Made by a program: the position numbers and the translations under genes
Source of the DNA: a virus
IMG/VR virus record: IMGVR_UViG_3300025617_000006
Strand: one strand, 5' to 3'
DNA length: 64,000 bases
Shown: piece by piece, positions 12,001 to 19,821 of the stretch
How the letters are laid out: every line of letters begins with the position of its first letter
Numbering within the stretch: the first letter of the stretch is position 1
The notes under the pieces: model-generated
The model's database searches: none
Told to the model about the DNA's origin: nothing
Seen by the model: only the letters and a program-made list of their open reading frames with translations

Positions 12001-12228
12001 GATCAAACAGTGGACCAAGATTCACCTGAAGGCGATGTACTAATGCAGGCAGATTTTAGCATTAATAACAACACTTTAACACTATTAAATGTACCAGCAG
12101 ACGGTGTTAGAGTAACAATAATAAGACGGGTTGGCAAGGTATGGAATGACCCAGGAAAAACACTTGGTAAGACAAAAAATTCAATTGCACAGTTCTTAAG
12201 GGCTGAACAGGTTGACTTACCTAAATAA
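1..12228 (+). CDS. Giant virion structural protein (baseplate/tail-associated), 5' end outside the window
   Basis: Frame is open from base 1 (KFKRSFVS...WTD-MIGSG), so the protein is >4,075 aa. Contains FG-GAP-like repeats (FGESTALSSDGRFLFVGAP, YGSSVAVSDDGKFIAVGA), CBM5/12-like modules (WEPNTDYAISDVVQY, FDPANTYQENEIVQY), GxGYxxxPTV repeats and C-terminal (G/A)(D/N)Gxxxx(F/Y) beta repeats. Lies upstream of tail-fibre genes. Confidence 0.8.
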   Translation, partial: KFKRSFVSISSELGIDGSPRYVVDKIIEEWQRDKSKQSAFYWTDMIGSGANKTREFTIVDTGNKFYSLTSPFNLSDISAKAVYIYLNDSQLLHNKDYVFTAEGFIRLDDELELAVNDAITIYEYESTDASFIPPTPSKLGMWPLYRPTKYVDSSYRNPMEVIQGHDGSIIRAYGDYRDDLILELENRIYNNVKIQYDSNILDVDSFVGHASRDTGFTPDVIDDVVITDFIEWLAVAGDPDYTDNSFYDRTDSFTWNYSKMTDPYNNPLQGFWRAIYNNYLSTDTPHTTPWKILGFVEKPDWWQEVYGPAPYTKENLILWDDLENGRVREPNKPIRYRSNYIRKELTKYIPVDAQGNLVSPYESGYARGLIAPSTNEQFIFGDQAPVESAWRKSSEYPFALLTAWLINQPTKVMSTGFDRARLVRNTAGQIVYSATDKRLTPKDVVFPNTSENAERVTTAGLINYMFNYINADVTKLNEEYSEQVLNINVQLGFKMGGFSTPDKFKLLLDSRTPSNEGNVFIPEENYKIFFNVSTPVDTVSYSGVIIEKSESGWIVKGYDRSRPYFVYNKPLERASDPVVNIGGVSENFLEFVNGSQYRVGQIIRNGDLFYRVKVTHTAVGFQTENFTKLAQLPIDGGVEGTIRRSFEQGTSKLRYGTLLRSNQDVIDFLLGYGTYLESQGFDFNNFNKEIESIENWELSAREFLFWTTQNWSPGTLLTLSPSASALMFARDNAVVDNIFDNFYDYTLLKADGAKLKEEFANTIRSNQNEFGLRLKNTQDGIYFLKIPLVQKEHVVLIDNKTVFNDVIYNPAPGYRQARIKGIGYRTTNWNGGFDIPGFTYDNVKVTNWEPNTDYAISDVVQYKTFFYSAKSKVVGTTEFNDSDWYRLPERPKAELTPNFDYKANQFSDFYDLDSDNFDTEQQRLAQHLIGYQKRNYLENIITDSVSQYKFYQGFIQDKGTRNSLTKLFDALSNTENSSLEFFEEWAFKVGQYGASGGFDEVEYLLDESKIRLQPQPFQLVRNINPLSTDLVYRYALNDVYSKPSDYNHAPFPTKDLTETYIRTAGYVAEEDIDYKFTNYDDLLDFDVNLVSVGQYIWVAKRDQSWDVLRQTETILKVKSILNSSTGEVEITFNKVPEFNKDDIIGVLGTTPETNKFYKVNRISLNIAYVTASGEVPDVPDTNGFLVKLESVRVATLSDVNPKITRDNYTAGEKIWVDSDETNNWTVLENNNTYTLGKKSYNATLEGAGTIVNGERVYDIRNFGSSLSANDLNTVLVVGAPSPTSEKRGRIDIHFRAAENLNLIQGQVIDCPDGLFDGDNSFGESTALSSDGRFLFVGAPYASNVKTNYRGIFDPANTYQENEIVQYTNQFWKAKTVVFPSDDSLAYPSFSSHIQELIKTYENTVYDNLWLVLRGNFTFQEESTDHVLIKAQSVQYAGTEAGDKLQLLWNTKNTRYPSGVNPFNDTPELSSDFFNGEHVIQEKIDDILLVDNTQAIPDVGEVINSDIALGVVAYTYTTGDNRTLIYVKDANGNFADEGTLELGDITIGLYERAVQQPSDDFEGWWKIGVGSTFNSTATIETKPYLVVQDIIKQSVSRTVNYFENILNIVDDTSPGVPSYIETLTANGDSGFEISDKWVFRLPITLESDVSIGDTFNFWFNEYRTPEGILQSPTVIAPELTHEYLNTTLHTVQDKWNGWINVNLTNFDNSGSPTIGDADYNPNYGNPYIPVVGDIIQDNDTGATAEVTYVEKLFNDLRLWIKNVNITEGPWKLGSEFRNISSISIVEGSQGEGVIRLVGTTKSVFLDGETIGSIIVVDRGENLTPGSTRTLQNFEYWVYKTQVLQGIARDANPPSSVNNDWQRIYNIPVENSGTQSGYNRQGAYAVYERNTSNFYELVNFYTMPDSNNFRHLGASIDLIKRPDGGYSAYISSKGNGTFEQPGRINIINYSEDNGWVLGADTDYRGEFVETVAYYEGEFVKYAGQIYSAATNILPGSFNSNDWTAINTGVDLNGFIPNNTGFMVGTDSSLEVSNLIEFGSQYDVSKNGHVLASIVKYGDQLDSALRIPKLAIYRLVNGQFMWDQIIEGELAGINYGSSVAVSDDGKFIAVGANNYSEDYTNSGAVYIYEAVHGSFVLVQTVTGPQGLSNEKFGSNIKFNNDRLVVTSTGGDLSSTTEFDNNETVFDNGTTLFATTLTDTGEIFVFERAGNRFIYADKITNADENVKYFGDVVELVGNHVYAGLPTYLNPPENNSPGSVFDFRTPTNTNLWTRKRQARPVVDIDKIKGVSIYNKDTNVVDEYIDYIDPLQGKIAGPATSEITFKTTYDPASYNVADDGIDVVKDVTIFNTTDLVGKLWWDVDAVRFINPYSNTGNIFNVTNQFNTIFPGTEVEVYEWVETTLLPSDWDDQADTEEGLTRGISGLSKYGDTVYSTRRVYDEEAQKFTNFNYFWVRNKATVPDLPGRTISGADVQELIRDPAGQGYKFVNFLNDNEWSLHNIQTSVTGKDSVIKFAYWNINDTEKNIHNQYKVITDGLSTSRPKSDLEEKWYDSLIGFDRQGREVPDRALSTKDTYGILNSPRQTIFVNRTEALKQAIERANKVLKKYVLIDDFDLSDLESNDPSPTLASRTYDQIIDSELELRFVSTSRIRQATLNATIIDGKVIRVDILDGGRGYKTVPTVTIDSENGSNAVIKLEINNLGSVVSATVFNEGENYQSTDRIVVRKYAVLVNTDTSYANRWSIYEYVGGEYPWNRIISQSYDVRDYWSYCNWYAEGYNELTKADFVIEETYELSSLDDKFGNIVKINNVGSGGWLLLRKIGEDPNVDYTVNYETIGRENSTVELSKALYDYSDQLVGFDSFGYDDSAFDLIPVQELRIILQSLRDKIFVDNLAIHYNELFFAQMRYVLVEQPFVDWMFKTSFVKAKHNVGKLRKDITFNNDYLESYEDYVREVKPYKTKIREYLSTYEGSEDTQTSVTDFDLPPFYSTAKGKIIPVDTKVIDNTIDVNGITSYPQKHWLDNASFEVTGVTLSNQGLGYANPPTVEFTGGGGSGAKAEAYVGTNGKITNIEVTNPGSGYLSAPTVVINGAVTDGGTLAKANAVIGNSNLRSMHFNVKFDRVTGAFFITTLDEEETFTGSGGRYEFKLKWPANLRTDKVSITVNGNEILPGNYTIANVDDSNGKTHSRKIAKVIFNNPPANNSNIVISYYKDISLLTAADRINLFYNPETGQLANDLGQLMDGVDYGGVQVKSFTFGGGSGWDADPWFTSAYDSYDNTYEDEVFRLGDDSTKVYDFAKPLEQDVEYNVYKNGVRIDDPNFGTPSQTNSNALIASITGAGQTGFILYDDGASVESTVIVFDEEIVPSTTGDVFVIRKNTSDGSFIPDPRAYDTLISGGDIAYASASGVNPEDIIIDGDGFVTPTTSKGPEELVPGQVLDTLDIRVFDRVGEGASIIESVSYVGNGTTTKYVFNGLPQGKDAIFVKVNNNIVETYTVNYKTKEITFTAAPADGAQINIVTMSGNGEQILDIDTFTGDGSTIQFVTRVDWKEELNSLITVNGEKVDYILETTDSSYDTANKVAITFGTPPADDAVINYGIYASEAQTFSEIKTDTFRADGNTATYELSTTPFSSLPASHNLIVRVGDTILNAGYNESFTIDDRVEYQLRNWQQPGGTLGANDILVLLDGVPLTYTTDFIFRPANSSVELFENVKIPGATLDVFVTTDGEYTVDGDQVTLNDVPEGDTLVNVTHFSKHDIQQIDRKNYDIIRRTTLSFESAGDIEYNHLLAGLIKLERETIDAEYVWVVLNGRIQTPSVDYKVTNDRLFIRMATPLDENDVIEIMQFAEDGPSVAKFGFRQFKDMLNRTVYKRLGDVNKYRLQQDLKTFDKEIIVENGETMFVPDKANNIPGVVFINGERIEYMVKDGNSLQQLRRGTLGTGVKDIHNIGDELFDQGFQQTVPYQDKTLVNTYEADGVTAQFELDWTPASVDEFEVFVAGKRQRKNAMYMFDQTVDQDSPEGDVLMQADFSINNNTLTLLNVPADGVRVTIIRRVGKVWNDPGKTLGKTKNSIAQFLRAEQVDLPK

Positions 12229-12231
12229 ATA
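12222..12231 (+). promoter_or_regulatory. Late-type promoter motif (overlapping TAAATA x2)
   Basis: TAAATAAATA spans the stop of the giant gene, followed by AGGA SD and ATG 12249; resembles the T4 late TATAAATA. Confidence 0.55.
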
Positions 12232-12248
12232 CAATGTAGGAAACACAA

Positions 12249-12863
12249 ATGACAGATAATTTATTAGACAAAAGCGGAGTGTTAGTACAGGGCCATATTA
12301 AGATTTTTAACCCTGAAACTAACGAAATTTTAATTGATAAGCGTAATGCAATTCACTATGAAAATATGAGTATTGCACTTGCTGAGTCCCTAGCGAATGC
12401 TGGGCAAGGATTTGTATATGAAATGGCGTTTGGAAACGGCGGTACTAGTGTTGATCCTACAGGCATTATTACTTACTTAACTCCGAACAGCACAGGCACA
12501 AATGCAAGTTTGTACAACCAAACATATAAAAAAGTTGTTGATGATAGATCAGCAAATAACGTAGATCCATCTAGAAATAAAATTGAAACTAGACACGTAA
12601 CTGGCACAAGTTACACTGACATTGTTGTAAATTGCTTATTAGATTATGGTGAACCAAATGGCCAAGAAGCAAATGATACAGCAACTAATACTGAAAGTTC
12701 GTTTGTTTTTGACGAATTAGGATTAGTAAGTTACAGTCCAACCGGCGATGGTAGATTACTAACACATGTTATTTTCCATCCTGTACAAAAGTCATTAAAC
12801 AGATTAATACAAATTGATTATACGGTTAGGGTGCAATCATTAACTGGTTTTAACGAGGGGTAG
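12249..12863 (+). CDS. Virion structural protein (baseplate/tail-fibre attachment-like)
   Basis: 204 aa, beta-rich, MAFGNGG and FDELGL...LLTHVIFHPVQKS motifs typical of phage baseplate-linked proteins; structural context. Confidence 0.6.
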   Translation: MTDNLLDKSGVLVQGHIKIFNPETNEILIDKRNAIHYENMSIALAESLANAGQGFVYEMAFGNGGTSVDPTGIITYLTPNSTGTNASLYNQTYKKVVDDRSANNVDPSRNKIETRHVTGTSYTDIVVNCLLDYGEPNGQEANDTATNTESSFVFDELGLVSYSPTGDGRLLTHVIFHPVQKSLNRLIQIDYTVRVQSLTGFNEG

Positions 12864-12867
12864 TTAA

Positions 12868-14937
12868 ATGGCATATACAATTAATTACACAGATATTACA
12901 AACAAAGGCAGTATTGTTATTGAAGACAATACAGTTGATACATCAACTTCGTTAAACTTCCCAGGTAGGTTTACTACAGATTACGGAACACTAGTTGGAC
13001 AAAACTTTTTACAACTATTAGAAAATTTTGCAAATAGTAATGCGCCAAGCAGACCAGTCGAAGGTCAACTATGGTATGATACAAATGTTGGTATCAACTT
13101 GCTTAAAGTGTACGATGGTACTAACTGGATTGAAGCAGGCGGATTAAAACGTGGAGAGTCGGCACCTGATGTTGCTAACTCAGTTGCAGGCGACCTCTGG
13201 GCTGATACTAACAATCAACAACTATATTTGTTTACTGGTTCTGGTTGGATCTTAGTAGGTCCTGAGTTTAGTGACGGATTAGCCGCTGGCGTTAGACCAA
13301 CTACGTTAACCGGAACAGACAATGTAAACTATACTGTACTTAAAGTAGAAATTAGCGGAAAAATTCTAGCAGTTTATGCTACTAGTTCATTTACTCCTAA
13401 AGCAACACTACAAGGCTTTGCTTCAATTAGACCTGGATTTAATTTAAGTTCAATTGATGTAACAGGCAACGGCGTAGGAAAATACTTCGGTATTGCTGAA
13501 AAAGCAGAATCGTTAATCGTTGCTGGCGAAGCAACTCCAGTAAGTGCTGAAAACTTTTTAAGAGGCGATAAAGAGTCAATTTCAAATGTAGGATTAATTT
13601 TAAGAAATAACTCCGGAATCTCAATTGGTAGTGATGCTGTTGTTCAAGTAGGTATTGAAGGACAGAATGCAATTATTTCAAATAACACATCAGGTGCAAA
13701 CATTGATCTTCGTGTTAACAATGCAGGATCATTAAGGCCTGTACTTAGAATTGACTCAACCGAAAAAGTCGGTATTAACAACTTATCACCTGCAGAAGCA
13801 TTAGATGTAACAGGTAATGCAATTATTTCAAACAACTTTATTGTAAATGGCATTGCAGAATCAGTCAATATTGCAACAGGATCGATTACTACCAAAGGCG
13901 GTATTGGCGTTGCTAAGAGTGCAAGGATCGGTAACGAATTAGAAGTAGGAAGTACTGCAACATTCGGCGGCGATATTGTTCCAGATACATCAAACAGCAG
14001 AAGCATTGGCTCGGCAAACTTTAAATTTGCTGAAATTAATGCAAACACAATTAGAGGTAATTTAATTGGTAACGTTACTGGTACAGTAACAGGCCGGTCG
14101 GGTAGTTCAGATAAACTTGCTTCGAGAACAACATTTCAAATTACAGGTGATGTAACAGCACCAAACATTATTTTTGATGGTCAGTATACTGCCCCTGGCG
14201 AAACTACACTTGTAAAGACTTTAGATATTAGTGTTAACAGTACATTTATTACTAACAAAGTAAGCGTTCCGAATTCAAGATTTGACGACGAATTATTAAT
14301 AAACAGACTGAATGACGAAAACGGAAGCGGAACAGGTCTTAAAAAGATTTCAAGAAGTAACTTGTTTAGCGCATTGCCTGTCAACCCAATTGGAATGATT
14401 GTTCCATATGCTGGTGACGGAGACAATGTAGATAATTTAAATGGTTGGTTGTTATGCGACGGAGCAGAAGTATTTGTTACGGATTGGCCAGAGTTATATC
14501 AGATCATTGGAACAAAATACAAAGCAAATCCAACATTAGGTAAATTTGCACTACCTGATTTACGTGGTAGATTCCCACTAGGACAAGACAACATGGGATC
14601 ACAGCAAGGCGGAGCAAATAGAGTAACTGATGAAAATGCTGATACACTAGGCGGAAGTTCTGGATTTGAAAAGAAATTAATTGAAGTTGAAAATCTACCA
14701 GAACACGAACACGATCTTCGAGGACCAAGTGGAACACAATACTATGTAAATAGAGATGTTCAAGGCGATCCGGCGGATGCAGATGCTACAGTAGCAGATG
14801 CTCCAACAGGAACAAATGCAGGTCAAAAGTTTCCGTTCTCAGGTGGTGTTGTGAGTAATACAGCAGTAGGGCAAGAGTTTGATATTATGAACCCGTATTT
14901 GGCTGTCAACTATCTAATTTATGCGGGGGCAAAATAA
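12868..14937 (+). CDS. Tail fibre protein with tail-collar domain
   Basis: C-terminal collar motif PIGMIVPYAG...GWLLCDG...FALPDLRGRFPLG and terminal MNPYLAVNYLI; N-terminal domain shared with the next two genes. Confidence 0.85.
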   Translation: MAYTINYTDITNKGSIVIEDNTVDTSTSLNFPGRFTTDYGTLVGQNFLQLLENFANSNAPSRPVEGQLWYDTNVGINLLKVYDGTNWIEAGGLKRGESAPDVANSVAGDLWADTNNQQLYLFTGSGWILVGPEFSDGLAAGVRPTTLTGTDNVNYTVLKVEISGKILAVYATSSFTPKATLQGFASIRPGFNLSSIDVTGNGVGKYFGIAEKAESLIVAGEATPVSAENFLRGDKESISNVGLILRNNSGISIGSDAVVQVGIEGQNAIISNNTSGANIDLRVNNAGSLRPVLRIDSTEKVGINNLSPAEALDVTGNAIISNNFIVNGIAESVNIATGSITTKGGIGVAKSARIGNELEVGSTATFGGDIVPDTSNSRSIGSANFKFAEINANTIRGNLIGNVTGTVTGRSGSSDKLASRTTFQITGDVTAPNIIFDGQYTAPGETTLVKTLDISVNSTFITNKVSVPNSRFDDELLINRLNDENGSGTGLKKISRSNLFSALPVNPIGMIVPYAGDGDNVDNLNGWLLCDGAEVFVTDWPELYQIIGTKYKANPTLGKFALPDLRGRFPLGQDNMGSQQGGANRVTDENADTLGGSSGFEKKLIEVENLPEHEHDLRGPSGTQYYVNRDVQGDPADADATVADAPTGTNAGQKFPFSGGVVSNTAVGQEFDIMNPYLAVNYLIYAGAK

Positions 14938-17036
14938 TGGCGTATCAGATTAACAAAACTAACGGTGATTTACTAGTAGAACTAGTAGACGGGCAACTTA
15001 ATGTTCAAACAACAGACATTTCGTTAATTGGTCGTAACTACTCAGGTTTTGGCGAATCTATTAACGAAAACTTTGTTAAAATGTTGGAAAACTTTACCAA
15101 CACACAGGCACCTGCAAATCCGTTAACAGGACAACTTTGGTATGACAGTGGTGAGTCTAGATTAAAACTTTATGACGGCGCACAATTTAAAAGTGCAGGC
15201 GGTCCAATTGTTAGTCCTACTCAACCGCAGATGGTTGCAGGCGATTTATGGATTGATAATAGAGATAACAAGTTATACTTCTTTGACGGAACTGATTTAG
15301 TTTTAGTTGGACCAGAATATTCAACTTCTGAAGGAACAAGTGGATTTACAACAGAAACTGTTTTAGATAATACACAAAATAATAGAACACTTGTTAATTT
15401 AAATATTGGCGGCCAAAAGCAAGCAATACTTTCTAACATTAGATTTACACCCGATGTAAGTAATCCGATTAACGGTATTACTGGTGCTGTTGAAAAAGGT
15501 ATTAATGTTCTAGATGAAACGTTTAAATTTCACGGCACTGCAACGTCGGCAGATACTATTATTAATGCTCAGGGCATTAAAAAGAACGCATCGCAGTTCT
15601 TACCAACAGATGCTAATGGTGTAACTAACGGAACTATTACTACTATTAATAATGGCGGTATTACAGTAGGACCAGAAGATAACATTAGTATTAAAATTGA
15701 AAATAGTGCATCTGTAATTGGTAATGCTGTTAGAGACCGAAACTTAGATATTCAAGTTAGAAAAACAACAGGTACTGTAAGTGCTATTAAAGTTGACACG
15801 GCAAATTCTTATATAGGTATTTTCCGACCAACGCCAACTGCAACACTTGACGTTAACGGTGATGTTAAAATTGCAGGTAACTTAACAGTTAGTGGAGACA
15901 CATTAGCAACTGATGTTCAAAACTTAAGAATACTAGATAAGAATATCGAACTTGCTATTAGTTCTGATAGTACGCTATTGCCCGATGCTGATGTTAATGA
16001 TGCAGGAATTATTATTAAATCGTCACCTAACGATAAAGAATTTTTATGGAAGCAGGCTACAAATGCATTTACTACTAATGTGTTTTATGACTCAGTACAA
16101 GGATATAAAGTAAACGGTAATACGGTACTTTCAGGAAGCACATTAAATTATATTACAAGTGCTCCACAGTTGCAAACAGTTGGAACACTCACTGAATTTG
16201 CTGTTGATAATGTTAGCATTGACGGAAACTTAATCACTACAACAATTGATCCGTTACAGTTATCGAGTTATACCGATGCTATTGAAATTTTAGATAGCAA
16301 ACGTATTTCAGGATTAGGAACACCAACAGGCAATAGCGATGCGGCAACTAAATTGTATGTTGATAATGCGATTGATAATGAAGGTGTTGCACTATCAATT
16401 GATATTACAGGATTAGGATATATTCCGGCACAAGGCGGCGGCTCGACATTTGCAGCCAGTCTTTTAACTTTACTTGAAGAAATTGTTCCAGCAAATTCTA
16501 AAACGAACGGTGTACAAGCAAAAATACACGCAACTGATCAAACGTCTGCATCGGCTACATTTACTGCTAGTGACTTTAACAATGCAGTTGAAGAAAGTAC
16601 AGTAAGCGTTGACCACACAATTACAGCAAGTTCAAATCTTATTACTGGAATTGTAAAAGGATCGTCGACTAGAATTACAACGAACGGTGTACACAAATAC
16701 ACTGAAGGCAAGCAGATTGACATTACAGGTGCAACAGTAAACAGCGGAACAGCAATGCCGACATTGACTGGAACATTTACAGTTGAAGAAATTCATAGCA
16801 CAACAGAAGCAACAATATCAGCAGATACTAGTACAGAAGCAGGAACTTATGATGCTAGTTCTGCAACAGCAACAAGAGTGGCTGAAGTAGGAAATGAAAA
16901 CGAGAGTGTAGTAAAAGATATTACATTCTCAGATGTAACAGGTACAGTAAGTCTAACAGTTAATAGATATGTTATTACTTGTACCGTAAATGGCGGGGCT
17001 TGGACTTATACTAGCGGAGCAAGTTCTGCGGTATAA
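14937..17036 (+). CDS. Tail fibre protein (paralog)
   Basis: Shared N-terminus MAYxIN...ENF...GQLWYDS; DAATKLYVD fibre motif; T/S/G/N-rich; TAATG coupling to the previous gene. Confidence 0.8.
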   Translation: MAYQINKTNGDLLVELVDGQLNVQTTDISLIGRNYSGFGESINENFVKMLENFTNTQAPANPLTGQLWYDSGESRLKLYDGAQFKSAGGPIVSPTQPQMVAGDLWIDNRDNKLYFFDGTDLVLVGPEYSTSEGTSGFTTETVLDNTQNNRTLVNLNIGGQKQAILSNIRFTPDVSNPINGITGAVEKGINVLDETFKFHGTATSADTIINAQGIKKNASQFLPTDANGVTNGTITTINNGGITVGPEDNISIKIENSASVIGNAVRDRNLDIQVRKTTGTVSAIKVDTANSYIGIFRPTPTATLDVNGDVKIAGNLTVSGDTLATDVQNLRILDKNIELAISSDSTLLPDADVNDAGIIIKSSPNDKEFLWKQATNAFTTNVFYDSVQGYKVNGNTVLSGSTLNYITSAPQLQTVGTLTEFAVDNVSIDGNLITTTIDPLQLSSYTDAIEILDSKRISGLGTPTGNSDAATKLYVDNAIDNEGVALSIDITGLGYIPAQGGGSTFAASLLTLLEEIVPANSKTNGVQAKIHATDQTSASATFTASDFNNAVEESTVSVDHTITASSNLITGIVKGSSTRITTNGVHKYTEGKQIDITGATVNSGTAMPTLTGTFTVEEIHSTTEATISADTSTEAGTYDASSATATRVAEVGNENESVVKDITFSDVTGTVSLTVNRYVITCTVNGGAWTYTSGASSAV

Positions 17037-17039
17037 CGA

Positions 17040-17051
17040 TAAATATAAGTA
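17040..17051 (+). promoter_or_regulatory. Late-type promoter motifs TAAATA/TAAGTA
   Basis: Intergenic TAAATATAAGTA, then AAGGGG SD and ATG 17070. Confidence 0.55.
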
Positions 17052-17069
17052 ATAAAGGGGTTATTAACT

Positions 17070-18548
17070 ATGGCATATATTATTAATAAAACTGATGGTT
17101 CACAGATTTCAGTAGTTGAAGACGGTACAGTCGATCAAACTACTAGTCTTAAACTTGTTGGTAAGAACTATGCTGGTTATGGTGAAATTCAAAACGAAAA
17201 CTTTGTACACTTACTAGAAAACTTTAGTAGTGCAAATTCACCATCCAGAGCAATTCAAGGTCAAATTTGGTTTGACAGCGGAACAAGCAAACTAAAGTTT
17301 TATGACGGTACAAAATTTAGAACCACTGGCGGTGCAGAAGTAAGTACTACTCAACCATCAGGGTTAACAGAAGGCGACTTTTGGTGGGATAATGCAAACA
17401 ACCAGTTGTATGCAAACACCGGAACAGGGTTTATTTTAATTGGACCACAGTCGCAAGGTGATACGCTTACATCTTGGCTTACTGAAACTGTTAGAGATAT
17501 TTCGCAAACACAGCGTACAGTTATTAAAGGTACAGTTAACGATGAAGTAGTTAGTGTACTAAGTGCATCAGATTTTACAATTGATTCCAGTGACCCCGAC
17601 AATGCCATCACAGGTTTTGATGTTATCCATAGAGGTATTACCCTTAAAAATACAACAAACGCACAACAAGGTGTTACATCTACTCCACATAGATTCTGGG
17701 GTACAGCAACTAACTCCGATAAACTTGGTGGAAGATCAGCAAGTGAATACGTTGTTAGTGTAGCGGGTCAAGAAAGTTCGTTTGCAGAAATTGTAAGACT
17801 TTCAGATTCAGGAATTACAGTTGGCGCTTCAAATGATTTGCGTATTGCAATTGAAAATGATAACCAAGGTGTTATTTCAAATGAAGTAGGTACAGTAATT
17901 AGATTTAAAGTTGACAACGATCAAGCACAGTCAACTGAACCAGTACAAATTAAAGCAGAAGGTTTATTACCGGGCGCAACTAATACATATAATATTGGTA
18001 ACGCAAATAATAAATGGGCTTCAATGTATGCTACTACGTTCAACGGTACAGCAACTACAGCAAACGCAATGGTAGTTGGACAAAATAATAGAACAGCAAG
18101 CACGTCAGCAACATCAGATACTGTTGCAGTTAGAGACGGAAGCGGCAACTTGTCAGCAAACCTTTTCCAAGGTACTGCAACAGAAGCACGTTATGCTGAC
18201 TTAGCAGAAAAATATACTACAGACGACGATTATGCAACAGGTACAGTAATGGCTGTTAGCGCCGATGACGATGCAGAAACTACTTACTGCGACATTGACG
18301 GAATGCCAATTGGTGTTATCTCAGCAAAGCCTGCACTTTTGATGAATGCAGAAGCAGACGGCCAAGCAATTGCACTTAAAGGTCGAGTTCCTTTAAGAGT
18401 AGTAGGACCAGTTAACAAAGGTGATAAACTTTATGTCGGAGCAGATGGTACAGCACAAAAAGCAAATGAAGGCGAACTTGTAGGTGTAGCACTTGAATCA
18501 AACGATAGACATGAAGAAAAATTAGTTGAAGTAGTGTTAAAGGTATAA
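17070..18548 (+). CDS. Tail fibre protein (paralog) with C-terminal YADLAE chaperone/peptidase-like domain
   Basis: Shared N-terminus; C-terminal ARYADLAEKY...GVIS..PA..MN...IALKGRVP motif typical of fibre C-terminal domains. Confidence 0.8.
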   Translation: MAYIINKTDGSQISVVEDGTVDQTTSLKLVGKNYAGYGEIQNENFVHLLENFSSANSPSRAIQGQIWFDSGTSKLKFYDGTKFRTTGGAEVSTTQPSGLTEGDFWWDNANNQLYANTGTGFILIGPQSQGDTLTSWLTETVRDISQTQRTVIKGTVNDEVVSVLSASDFTIDSSDPDNAITGFDVIHRGITLKNTTNAQQGVTSTPHRFWGTATNSDKLGGRSASEYVVSVAGQESSFAEIVRLSDSGITVGASNDLRIAIENDNQGVISNEVGTVIRFKVDNDQAQSTEPVQIKAEGLLPGATNTYNIGNANNKWASMYATTFNGTATTANAMVVGQNNRTASTSATSDTVAVRDGSGNLSANLFQGTATEARYADLAEKYTTDDDYATGTVMAVSADDDAETTYCDIDGMPIGVISAKPALLMNAEADGQAIALKGRVPLRVVGPVNKGDKLYVGADGTAQKANEGELVGVALESNDRHEEKLVEVVLKV

Positions 18549-18558
18549 AGGAAGTCAA

Positions 18559-19452
18559 ATGTCAGTAATTACAGCGGCGCGATACAATAACCTACAAGCC
18601 AAGGTTGCAAATATTTTAGGTAACGGAAGCGGAACTTCGGGATACGGACAAACATTAGAAAGTGCCCAAGTATCTGCAGATACATTAATTGATTCACAAC
18701 ATATGGCAGACTTGTATACAGACATGGTCGCCGCAAGAGTTCACCAAGTAGGTAGTGTTCCACAATCAGTATCAACTGTTTCCGCAGGTAATATTATCGA
18801 GGAAGATAGCGACGATACTGGTACTGGTCGCGGCATTCTTCAGTACGAAGACCTTGCTGACACAATTGAAACCGACAAAGACTTAATTTATATTGCTAAC
18901 ACATCACAAAGTACAATTACTACAAGTAAGGTTGCAAGTACTAGGACTGCGTCATGGGGCGGCACAGTTGACCATGTAGCAACAGTAACTTTTGCTTCAG
19001 CAGATGCACGTAGACACTTTTTTAATGCAGGCGGCGAAATTAGATTCACTGCTGACTTAGATCCGGGCGGGTCAACTGGTAAGAACAATGATTGGAACAA
19101 CTTACTATCACAGATGGGTGTAGTTAAGTTTAAGTCTTCCACCACCACATCAGACGGAAGTTCACCAGGAACATCATTTAATATTGGTAATTTTGACTTA
19201 ACTTCTTCAAATCAAATGATTTTTAGAAAAGACGGAAGCGGAACATATTCTGAAAACGATTATAACATTAATGCAAGAGAACTTAACACTACTTCAATTG
19301 AATTCACTATTCAGTTTAGAGATGACGACAATAACCCATGGGATCCAAACGTAGAAGGCACACTTGAAAGTGTTCTTGGCGAAAGATTGCCAACAGGGTC
19401 GTATGTTGCATTAACATCGCCTATCTTTGCAACCACAAATAACTTAGCCTAA
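18559..19452 (+). CDS. Virion structural protein
   Basis: 297 aa, S/T/G/D-rich, RHFFNAGGEIR motif, AAGGA SD, directly after the fibre genes. Confidence 0.6.
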   Translation: MSVITAARYNNLQAKVANILGNGSGTSGYGQTLESAQVSADTLIDSQHMADLYTDMVAARVHQVGSVPQSVSTVSAGNIIEEDSDDTGTGRGILQYEDLADTIETDKDLIYIANTSQSTITTSKVASTRTASWGGTVDHVATVTFASADARRHFFNAGGEIRFTADLDPGGSTGKNNDWNNLLSQMGVVKFKSSTTTSDGSSPGTSFNIGNFDLTSSNQMIFRKDGSGTYSENDYNINARELNTTSIEFTIQFRDDDNNPWDPNVEGTLESVLGERLPTGSYVALTSPIFATTNNLA

Positions 19453-19465
19453 TACTCCTTCATAG

Positions 19466-19471
19466 TAAATA
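19466..19471 (+). promoter_or_regulatory. Late-type promoter TAAATA, 5 nt before ATG (leaderless candidate)
   Basis: TAAATA-CTACT-ATG(19477), no SD. Confidence 0.55.
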
Positions 19472-19476
19472 CTACT

Positions 19477-19821
19477 ATGGACGAGAAACTATCTAAAGCC
19501 CTAGAGTTTGGAAACTATTCTGCAACTCTCGATAATCAAAAGCGTATGCTACACGAAAAATTTGTAACTGATACGCTTTACTTTGTATCAGGCGGACAAT
19601 TTACTATCAATAAAGAACTTATTAACTATTGCCAGACATTAGTTAGTAATGACCAATCCACTGTAATTCTATTAGACGATAACGGTATTCCTATTGAGAT
19701 ATCTGATGTACAAGAGTTTCAAACAGAAATTCTCGATAAGCATTTTACAGCACTAAATGAATTGTATACTGAATACAAAAAATTAGAGAAAAGCAGGTCA
19801 GTTGACGGTTTAGTTGAATGA
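19477..19821 (+). CDS. Hypothetical protein (first gene of the glycosyltransferase operon)
   Basis: 114-aa ORF, ATGA-coupled to the next gene. Confidence 0.7.
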   Translation: MDEKLSKALEFGNYSATLDNQKRMLHEKFVTDTLYFVSGGQFTINKELINYCQTLVSNDQSTVILLDDNGIPIEISDVQEFQTEILDKHFTALNELYTEYKKLEKSRSVDGLVE

